In this document: one piece after another, positions 38,201 to 48,711 of the stretch
Position numbering within the stretch: position 1 is the stretch's first letter
Layout of the letters: each line of letters opens with the position of its first letter
From: Marsupella aquatica
Lineage: Eukaryota > Plantae > Marchantiophyta
NCBI GenBank assembly: GCA_973895155.1
Contig: OZ316891.1
Location: 14,849,037 to 14,913,036 of the forward strand
Length of the DNA: 64,000 nucleotides
Reading direction: 5' to 3'
Position numbers and translations under genes: made by a program
The notes under the pieces: generated by a model
What the model was told of the DNA's origin: nothing
Database searches by the model: none
The model's input: the letters and a program-made list of their open reading frames with translations, nothing else

Positions 38201-40121
38201 AGTGATAGTCTCTTTCACCGGATTGTAAACTTAACCTTAGCAAGCTTGCCCCACGGTCTTGAAGATGCAGTTGCCATTGTTTTACTGCAAATTACATGAA
38301 CTGGAATCGCTCAGTTTTCAGAGACTACATTGCAAAAATGATTGATTCAATTCAATCCTACACTAGACATACAAAGGCTTACGTACAGAGAATACAATGT
38401 TCTGAACTTTTTTAACCGAAGTCCACAAAAAGCTGCGTTGATGGTTGTGATCATGCTGTTGGCTTTGACACTTCACCTTCGGCAGTGAGTCTAAGCTTCA
38501 TTATGTGATTATTTGGTGGCCACAAACTAAGGTTCGATGATGAAACAACAACTTTCGCTTCTGTAGCAAGAACAACATATGGCAAACAGGGGCGCTGCGA
38601 AGATAGTTCATAGTGCAATGAAGTAAATATGCAAACACAGCAAAGTACCACAGTGTGCAAAACTTTGCCCTCGACTCCGCTGCCTGCGACTGTAGATGTG
38701 CACGGGGAATCGATGGATGAGCTTCGCCTTTGCCAACGCAACTCCGCTGCCTGCAACTATCGATGTGTGGAGAGTTGATGGATGACCTTCCCGTGTGGGG
38801 AGTTGATGGAGGAGTTGATAGATGAGCAGCCTTCGCCAATGCAACTCTGCTGCCCAGCTGACCTTTCAACGCACAAAGCAAACACGCACTTTCTTTCCCG
38901 CACAAAGCTGATCGACAAATGCGCACTTTCCCGTACATGGACTACAGCAGGCCCTATATTGGAAGGTTCACATAGTGGTTTCAAACTGCGATGGTTCAGT
39001 AGTCAGGGGACGGATAGTTGTAACGGAATGCACAGGGGGGAAACACGTGTCCTCCCCAGGATGAAGACTAACCCGGGTTAACCTTGGTCCCAGTTTAGTT
39101 ACGTCAATACAAAAACCATGGCACTATTACAAATAGTGTAAAAACCTTGGCAGTATTGTAATAAGCCACAACTTTAGTGGCAATGTAGTTAAAAGCTGTT
39201 ACCCTTTATTATGTTACTTGGGGCAGATTTCTAGGTAATTTATTACATGTAAAAATCAATTTGTGTGAACAAATTAATGCTCCCTGGTAGCACCCCTTAT
39301 CGTATTATTTTGGGCATATTTTAAAAAACCTTATTACATGTAAAAGTTTAATGCTTGATCTAAATTGGGGCCTTTGTCACCTTAATTAAAAATAGTACAT
39401 TACAAGCATGACACAATTGGGATTAAAAGGTACCTTCAGTAATTAAAGTATATACCAAAGCACTGTTTAGAGGCACTGTGTGCCATACTCCTCTGATAAC
39501 AAGACCATAATACACTTTAAAGGCCAAGAAATTTTGATTTTTACTAATTTTACTGAAACTAGAGGAAAATTTTCATCCAAATCTTGACTATGCATTTCGC
39601 CATATAGCATGTTCATCTTATGTTCATCTCGGAACATGCTTCATTTTTTTTGTTTTTTTAGTGAATGCAGATGATCTAAATTTTTGTGGCAAATGTAAAC
39701 AGTACATTGACTAGTAAGATGTAAAATCTATGATATTGAAAAGTTGTGCACATAAGGTACAAGAGTAAAAAGTATAAATGTAAAGAAAAGTAATAATGAA
39801 CAGGTAGAGATACTTATATACTTACCTTAGGTAATGATACTTAAATTAATTAAAATCCTAAATTTAAGACACAAAACTATGAGTAGAACTTAAAGACACA
39901 AGGAGTGCACTTTGTTTAGATCATTTCTTCTTCAGTCATGAGAATAAGTGCTAGAAATTCTGTGAGCTCTGTTCAAGGGTGGATGATGTTAAGTATAGGA
40001 AAGATTAAAAAATTTAGAGGGGTGCCAGAAGGATGATCTTAAGTATAGGAATGATTACAAAATTTAGAGGGGTGCCAGAATAAATTCAAAATCTAAACTA
40101 TACAAGGGATGCACCTTGGTA

Positions 40122-40671
40122 CTTCTGGTACTCTTTCTACTTATTCACACAATGATTCATAGGATCTGGCTGGAGCATTGCCAACACACTTTTCAAGCTA
40201 ACTCTGCTTGGTTTCCGTTACATCTAATTCTCCATGGAGCTGCAGTCACTCTGCACGCTACGCTGCTTCAACGTATTAACAGTGTGAAAAAGCCTAGGTG
40301 GTTGAGTCAAACATTTAGTGACATCACTGATATGATTGACGGGGACCATGCTCTCCCCTTTGTCCCATTTTTGGGGAGTTTGACTTGCTGTTGACTGGGG
40401 GACAGCCAACTCCTTTTTTGGGAGGTGCTTTGTTTCAGGGCGCGCTCTTGCCTTCTGTTGGGTGGTCGGCCCTTGATCTTGTTTATCATCCTTTGTGTGG
40501 GGTGTTAGTGGTTTCCTTTGGGTGGATTTGACCCTTTCAGTGTGGTTCTTGTGTGCTTTGGCCGTTTTTGTTGTTTTTTGTGTGCCTTGCTGGTCTTCGC
40601 CACAGTGGCCTCTGGAATAAATGGGCACTCTGCTGCCCTTTTTATATAAAAAAAGAAAAAAAAAAGAAAAA
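40122..40671 (+). mobile_element. 5'-truncated LINE (L1-like) 3' fragment
   Basis: 18-bp TSD AAGGGATGCACCTTGGTA at 40104-40121 and 40672-40689. A-rich tail at ~40648-40671. The translation IHRIWLEHCQHTF resembles the IWxERNxRxF motif at the end of L1 ORF2. Confidence 0.85.
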
Positions 40672-41474
40672 AAGGGATGCACCTTGGTAAGACACATTGA
40701 ATTAAAAATACATAAGAAAAGAAGTTTCAATACGGCAAAATACTGGAAGGTGGATTCACCATATAGCAATTTCATATGCCCTGAAAATTCTCCATAAATG
40801 CCCTGAAAATTACAACCAGAGGAATTACAAAGGGCATTAAGTATGTAGCAGGTTCATCCTCAAACTTGCTTAACTTTTTTTCCGTCTTACTTTACCAGGG
40901 CACTAGGGGCAATAATAGCCCCTCAACACTGTGACTAAAGCACTCCATTTTTGGGCAAATATTTGCAGACTTTGCCCTTGGACTTCGGCTTATCTTGCCT
41001 TCTAGCCTGGCTATTGTCGCGTCCAGGCACAATCCTCTCATACACTAAGAGCCAACTCGCATGTAAGTGAGCAAGGGATGAACACATGAACCCCCTCCAG
41101 TGCCAGGCCTAATGGCACAAGATGTGGACTTCCAAGGGCAAGGGCTGGAACCCCCTCCAGTTCCAGCCCTTTGAGGTCCTGGCCTTTGATTTCTTGGCAA
41201 ACAAAAAGCAGTAGCATGTGGTTGCAGGCAACATATACTCCTTTCAAAAACTATCTACTTTTTGCCAATCATTTTGCATTGCCGAGGGCAGGTAAACTAA
41301 GGGCTGCTACATGCGTGTCGGTGCTGTATACTTTCAGACCATGGGGCCAGATCATGGGTTTTAGGCAGGGGCTGCTACATGCGAGTTGGCTCTAATACAC
41401 ACTCAGACCTTGGGTTTACACTGTCAGACCATGGGTTTAGGCAAAGGTGCAAGGGCTGCAAAAATGAAGAGCTA

Positions 41475-42633
41475 CACTCTTTACAGTATTTAGTCTCACA
41501 CACTCTAATTACTGTGAGGTTATATTTGAGGTAAGTGACGGTAATTAGGGTGTGTGACACTAATATGGTATGACACTAATTGTGGTCACAAGTCAAATAG
41601 TGTCACATGTACACTTAAGTTAAAACAATAGAATAGACTATAGTCAAAATTTGCTTATAAAAAAATGAAAAATGTGCACAATATTTGATTACACTTTACA
41701 AAATTTACTACTGAGAAAACTTCAGAAACTTATAACTCTTTCCATATACTACTGAACATTGAGCAAACTTCAGACATTTATAACTCTTTTCACATAGCAC
41801 AAAATTATAGTTTGAGGTACTCAACCACATTGAGCAAGCAAGATATGTTTGATTCACTTCTATCAATTATGAATAACATATGTTGTCTCACATAAGCTAC
41901 AAATTAATATCCTGTTCACTCTCTTTCAACCTGTCCCCTGTGTCTCATCCTTGCAAGACAGCATACAGCCCCAAGAGAAGTGGGTTGAGTTGGCTCTTCA
42001 CCTGGTTCACCAACTTCAGGAGCCACTTCAACAGTAGCATGAATATCAAGGCCAACTCGACTCCCTTCAAAATTCACTCGATACTATACTATGATATTTT
42101 GAAGCTCAGGTGTAAGTTGATCATAATGAGACGTAAAGTACAGAACGAACATTTCACAAGTTGCTTCAAGAAAAGAACAGACTCTTTCGATACACTTAAA
42201 AACATTTTGTGGGTCTTGCAGCAAGGAAAAGCCAAAGGAGACGCAGATTAATTACCAGTGACATGTTGACATAATCTTGATTCTCTTTCCCTTACTCTAG
42301 CGAATCCAGCTATGATGGGCGATCCATATCCCGCCATGTTATCGCTCTGTTACTCTCCTTTCACAAAGACTGACCAGCTAAAATACAAAGGAAATTTTCT
42401 AAAAACATACGCACAGAGAGATGTCATTGAAAGTCTGGATAACTTTGGAGTGAGTCTAGTTTAGGGTTACCACCAATTATATTGTTATCTCTAATTATCA
42501 ATATTTAAATTTTTTTTTTTCTTTCAAAATTGAAGGTGAGGTAAATAGTGTCAGTTGGCTGAAAATCAAGGGATACCCCTAATTAGTGTGTGTGACACTA
42601 ATTGTTTCGTGAGACTAAATACTGTAAAGAGTG
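41475..42633. mobile_element. Non-autonomous TIR element with TA target duplication (Tc1/mariner-type ends)
   Basis: Perfect 25-bp TIR CACTCTTTACAGTATTTAGTCTCAC / GTGAGACTAAATACTGTAAAGAGTG, flanked by TA (41473-41474, 42634-42635). Subterminal GTGTGACACTAAT motifs occur at both ends. No recognisable transposase ORF. Confidence 0.85.
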
Positions 42634-43030
42634 TACATGCAACACACCTCTAAACCCAATCTCCAGAAGCGGCAAAAATAAGAAAAGTGGTGGATTGCAC
42701 CATGCATTGAGGAACAAAATTGAGCTCAGGGTTTAACACTGCCGCTTTCTAAGGGTTCCTCGTTCTCACCTTGAGCCACCGCAATCAGACATTCACGTAG
42801 AGCAGCAGAAGCAGGCGGTGGAAAACGAAGCAAACGAGGGGGCCGAGACGGAATCGCTGATGATTTAGAAATGGAAGAGTAGTAAACTCGATTCCTCACA
42901 TGTCTCAGAGGAGTTTGATGATGAACGAGGGAACTGGGGAGTTGGACTTCGAGCAGGGGCTTGGCAGACGAAGACGAAGACATGGAGGAGCAGGTCGGAG
43001 GGAGTAGAGGCGGGTGAGAGAAGGGCAAAA

Positions 43031-46000
43031 ATGGAGAAGGCGGGTCCCTTGCGGGGATTGTGGAGGAGAGGAGTTGCCATGAGTGAAGTCATAAAAGGGA
43101 GCAGTCTAATCCTACCGGGGTTGGCCTCGCCAGTACAAACTGTGCCACAGCAGCAGGCCCCGCAACTCTCCTCTGCCTCCACCTCTTGCTCCACCATCCT
43201 GTCTTCTCAATTCCAGCCCTGTCGACGGGTTCGCCAGTATTTATCGGATACCATCAGGTCAGGTCGATCCCTACATTTGATTTCGTCCTTTGTAATTTAG
43301 ATTCTGTCGTTCTTGATATACATGCATATACTTTGAGCTTGTTGTGATCTTCGTTTACATTTCATTTCTCACTCTTCTCTCTCTATACTCGGCAATTTTC
43401 CGCACATGTGAATCAATAATTGGGACTGTGTTTTAATCCTTCTCTCATTGGTATCCACTGGGAGGTACGCTAAATCTGTTCGATCTAGCCTACGAGGAAT
43501 ATGTCTCTTGGGTTGGTCCTGTTAATTCAATGGAGGATTGCTTCCCTTCCCTTTCGTTCGCCTCGCTTCTCTTCTCAAAAAATGTGTCTGCAATGCACAC
43601 ATTCTTTGGTCGCTTCCATAGATTGTCGAGCGCTGGCCACCATTTTTCATCCCTCTAACTTGTAAACTGAAGGTTTTAATTTCTTCAGGCATCATAGGCA
43701 GCGGGTGCTTGTCCTAAATGGTAAACTAGGAAAAGGAAGTTTTTGTGTGAAGCATTTCCCATCTTCTTTCCATGGTGATGCCAGAACGCCGAAGCAGCAG
43801 AGCCCACTGCCGAAGAGAAAGTTTAAGGGCGCATTGAATTCGTATCCCACCAGGCAACCGAAGGGAACTGTGGATGTGCAATCTTTCAATAGCCCGTTTG
43901 ACGAATCTCATCGTTTGAAAGAAGCAAGAGGGCACGGCAACAATGTAGCAGAGCTGGAGGCACGTTCCGCTCAAAATCGTGTTCGACCTGCCATGTTGAG
44001 GGAAGCTTCAAAGATGGTCGAGCAGAACCTGAACCCTTCACATAAAGTCGATGGTGGGATTGAATCACGTCAACAGAACAATGACTGCTTGAAAGTGGAA
44101 CTCAAACGAGTAGGTGACAGCAGAGATTCGTCCCGAGACACTGCACCAGGAAATTGCAGTGCGCACATGCACAGCGCTGGTACCATGAGTCAAGAAACTT
44201 CTAATCTGCAGAATCTTCTACAACGAGGTATTACTATCGACTCGTACATGTATGTTGATGTTTTGAGAAGGTGTTCGAAGCACAAAGACCTTTTAACGAC
44301 CAAGCAAGTTCATGACTGCATCATTCAGAGTGAAATGGATAAGGATCCGTATGTGGCTCGCTCCCTCGTGAATGTGTACATCCAATGCGGGGAATTGTTG
44401 CATGCACGCAGGGTTTTTGATGAAATTGAGAAGAAGACTGTTATTACATGGACCAAGATGATTGAAGGATACGCGAAGCATGATCAGGCTGAATCCGCAT
44501 TTGAACTTTTCAATCAAATGCGCCAAGAAGGTTGCCGGCCTGATGAGATCACATATTTCAGCATCCTAAAGGCATGTGCCAGCCCATTAGCTCTTACATG
44601 GGGAAAAATAGTTCATGAGTGTATTCGACATGCCGGCTTTGAATCGGATGTTCGTGTAGGGACTGCCCTCATTAAGATGTATGCAAAGTGTGGGTGCATA
44701 ACGGAGGCAAGACGACTCTTTGAAAAATTGACTAAACGAGATGTCATCACATGGACTGCAATGATCGGTGGACTTGCACAACATGGATTTGGGCATGAAG
44801 CGTATCGACTGTTTCTCCAAATGAGACGGGAAGGCTTCGAACCAAATGCAGTCACGTATGCTAGTATCCTCCATGCATCTGCCTGTGCGGGGGCTTTGGA
44901 GTGGGTGAAGGAGGTTCATGGGCTTGCTCGCAAAGCGGGACTGGAGTTGGATTTGCGTGTGGGCAATGCACTGGTTCACATGTATGTCGAGAGTGGCAGT
45001 ATAAATGATGCCCGACTAGTTTTTGACAGAATGGAGAAACGTGATGTACTCACATGGACTACAATGATCAGTGGATTCACGAAGTATGATGATGCTGAAT
45101 CCGCATTTAAAATTTTCAATCAAATGCGCCAAGAAGGTTGCCGGCCAGATGAGATCACATATTTGAGCATCCTGAAGGCATGTGCGAGCCAAATAGCTCT
45201 CAAATGGGGAAACCAAGTTCATGAGTGTATTCGACACGACGGTTTTGAATCGGATGTTCGTGTAGGGACTGCCCTCCTTAAGATGTATTTAGCATGTGGG
45301 TGCATAACAGAGGCACGACGAGTTTTTGAAAATTTGACCAATCGAAATGTCATCACATGGACTGCAATGATCGGTGGACTTGCACACCATGGATGTGGCC
45401 ATGAAGCCCTGGAACTGTTCATAAAAATGAATGCGGACGGTGTGAAGCCTGACAGGACTACATTCGTGGCAGTGTTGTCAGCTTGTTGTCACGGAGGCCT
45501 TGTTGATGACGGGCGGAGACTCTTTTCAGCTATGACGCAAGATTATGGCATAGAGCCTGACATTGTGCATTATACCTGCATGGTGGATCTTCTTGGGCGG
45601 GCCGGACACTTGGCGGAAGCAGAACTCTTCATTAGTGACATGCCAATTGAGCCCAATGTAGTAACTTGGAAGGCCTTGCTAGGGGCTTGTAGAACTTACG
45701 GTAATGTGGAGTTGGGGGAATGCGCAGCTAAAGAGGTTTTCAAGTTGGAACCCAATGATGCCTCCGGATATGTTCTGCTCTCCAACATCTATGCTGCAGC
45801 TGGAAAATGGGAGAAGGTTTCATTGGTGCGCACGTTGATGCAAAAGAGAGGTGTTCGGAAGGAGCAAGGGCGTAGCTGGATTGAAGTTAATAACGTGGTC
45901 CATGAATTTGTTGTAGGGGATACGTCTCACCCAGAAGCGAAGGCGATATATACTGAGCTGTATAAATTGACTAAAATACTGAAGGCTGAAGGCTACATTC

Positions 46001-46272
46001 CGGATACCCGGCTGGTGTTGCATGATATCAATGAGGAGGATAAGGAACTAGCGCTTTGCTCTCATAGTGAGAAGTTGGCTATTGTTTACGGACTAATTCA
46101 CATCCCTCGGGAAGAACCGATCCGTGTGAGGAAGAACCTTCGGGTGTGTCCGGATTGCCATACTGCAACCAAATTCATCTCTAAGGTGACAGGACGCGAG
46201 ATTATAGCGAGGGATGCAAATCGTTTTCACCATTTTAAAAATGGCGTGTGTTCTTGTGGTGATTACTGGTGA
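43031..46272 (+). CDS. PLS-class PPR protein with E1-E2-DYW domain (paralog 1); exons 43031-43257, 43689-46272 (~936 aa, 14 PLS motifs)
   Basis: P-L-S triplets, E domains ([16 protein letters not shown]), QGRSWIEV, HSEKLA, CPDCH and a terminal CSCGDYW. The upstream exon [14 protein letters not shown]... joins by a phase-2 GT-AG intron conserved in all three paralogs. Confidence 0.93.
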
Positions 46273-48711
46273 CCAGGTTGAAAGCTGTGCTGCGCTGGCT
46301 GGAAAGTGACTGGAGCGGAGCTATAATCAGGTTTTCGTCGTTTGCTTGATGAAGGGTATACATTGGAAAAGCTTTATTCGAGAGAGGTTTTTATTGCAGT
46401 TCTCAGCGATGTCAGTTCTGTGACAGGAACTTTGAGATGATGCAATTTGGTCTTGTAATAGCTCCCGCCAGGCTGAAAGATTGTTTCATTCACTCACTAG
46501 CTTTGCGAGCAACAGGCAGTTAAAGATATATCCAGTGCTTCATGTACTATCACCGACAAAGAATCGGGAAGAGGATCGTTGGTGACTGAGTGTTGTATTC
46601 AGTTGCTAAGTTGATCTGGGATCATGATGGTTAGAAAGCTCTGTGCGTTGCTTCGGATAGTGGAAATCACAAATGCGGTAAAAAGCTCTTGGGTCATTAT
46701 TTACGAAAATGGTTTCGATACCCCCCAAAAATTTCTTTAGGCTAAGAGACAAAGGCTTTGACTATGCGCTCCAGTAGCTATCGTGGATGTGGGCTTGCAA
46801 AAAATGATTATACTGACTGAACCCAGGCGAAAACATCCGAAGTGCAATAGGTCTGTTCATTTTGCTTACTCATCATGAATGGGAGTTTTTCTCTATAGGA
46901 CAACGGAATGAATATTTCGTGGCCTACCTTTGTGAGTTCTATTAAGGTGTTTAATCATAGATTTTTGCCTTCTGTAAATGCTAAGTGTTTCTTGCTTGAA
47001 GGCTTTGCACATTCGATTGTTAGCACTATCCAATCTGTTTACCAATTTGGTCACCTGCTTTGCCAGGCTATACTTTTAGCTGCGTCCCTCAGACGTACTT
47101 CTCCCATGCAGTTTTCGAGGAGTCTGCAGTAGTAGTTAGCTGGTAGTTGGCTTTGTGTCCTGGAGGCGTAGCGGACGACCTTCTGGAGATATAGACATTT
47201 AGTATGATTCAGATTCAGTGACTTAGACATGGCTCTTATGTTGGGTTCTATTGTTTATTGGTTCTGTAAACCAGAATGTTGTCATGGGTAACATGGACAA
47301 GAATTCGGTGGTTTTATATGTTACACCGCTTAGTGCTCCTTGCCTTATTTCCCCTTCCAGAAAAACCCCAAATTACCGAAGTATCTCCCAGCTGCGAATT
47401 GTTCTCTGCCACTGAAGTTTCCTTTTTCTTGTCGAAGTTTGTGTAGTGGAGGCTACCCGACGGCAAAACAGTGGAGCTAACTATGGTCAAATATAGTGCT
47501 ATTGGCGATGGTAGAACTAATAACCCTCAAGTGTCTACGGGAGGAAAGCTTTGCTAGTTGAACTTTGCATCCCGGATACAAGGAAAAAATACCTCCAAAA
47601 GCCTGAGAACTTGACGACAATGGTCAAGGATAGGAGAGACTGGGAAGGAATATTCCAGGAAGCTTGAACACTTGACGACCATGGTCCAGGACAAAAGAAA
47701 TTTGAGGCTTGGGAGGTGCGTTTGAAGGATAGAGAGATTGCATTCAATACTGTGTGACAGAATGAGAAGACCCATCCTTTCAAAATAACATCTCAATTGG
47801 TGATCTAAACTTTGGCCAACATTATGGTATATACTGTAGGTAAGCATTCTGGGCCCCACTTCAAAGACCCATATCCTTTCCAAATACTCATCTCAAGCCG
47901 TGATCTAAACTTTGGCCAAAATTTTGGCATTTTGATAAGCATTTTCGGGACCTACTCAATAATGGAGACTTCTTGTACCGGTGATTTCTCCATTTCAATG
48001 TAAGATTCAGAGATTTGAACTCGTGACCAATCAATTTCATTTTGGGGACCCACTCCTGTTGGGATTGAGAGATTTCCTGTCCAAGTGACTTCTCAATTTC
48101 ATGTAAAGCCTACGTGGACTTGGGTCGCTTGATGGGACCGGTTGTGATGAAATACCGTCATGGTTCACTCACTCCTGTGAACGTTGTCCCCTCTTTCTTG
48201 TAACTCTCCCTTCAGGGACTCACTTAGCTTGACTCAGTCATTTCAAGTGACAGAGCAAATTGCATTGTAATGGCAGATCAGGGTAACATCTGTTGTCCGG
48301 TCGTTCTTGTAAATCCTCTCCTCGGGCCTCACTGAGGTCGACTCAGTCGAGCTCAATTTCAAGTGACAGAGCAAATTGTAACGACAGATCAGGGCTTAAC
48401 ACTGCCGCCTTGACAGGGTTTCACCTCCTCACTTTGGTGGAGATTCACGTACGGGGTTGAGCAGTGCGGCGGAAACCAGGCTGACCAGGCGGACGAAGGG
48501 GGAGAGACGAAATGGCCGAGGATTTTATAAATGGAGGTGTAGTAAAGCAGAGTCTTCACTTGTTGAAGAAGACTAGGTGGCTCGGGGTTTAACGGCGAAA
48601 CGGGGAAACGGGGAATTTGGGAGTCAGCCTTGCTCTTCGAGCAGGGGGATGGCAGACGACGAGGTGGAGGGGCACGTCAGAGGGAGTAGAGGGGGGTGAG
48701 AGAAGGGAAAA

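Larger units (their letters stand above)
21408..39198 (+). mobile_element. Mutator-like element (MULE), ~5.5 kb once the nested CACTA is removed
   Basis: ~58-bp TIRs: CAGTTTTTAACCACATTGCCACTAAAGTTGTGGCTTATTACAATACTGCC at 21408 and its near-perfect reverse complement ending at 39198. 10-bp TSD TTACCCTTTA at 21398-21407 and 39199-39208. Contains a MuDR-type transposase. Confidence 0.92.

Noticed and set aside
42726-43028. Minus-strand Ser/Pro-rich ORF resembling a transit peptide, head-to-head with PPR paralog 1
   Set aside because: The frame is not preserved in the homologous blocks upstream of paralogs 2 and 3. It is best explained as the antisense of a purine-rich 5' UTR.
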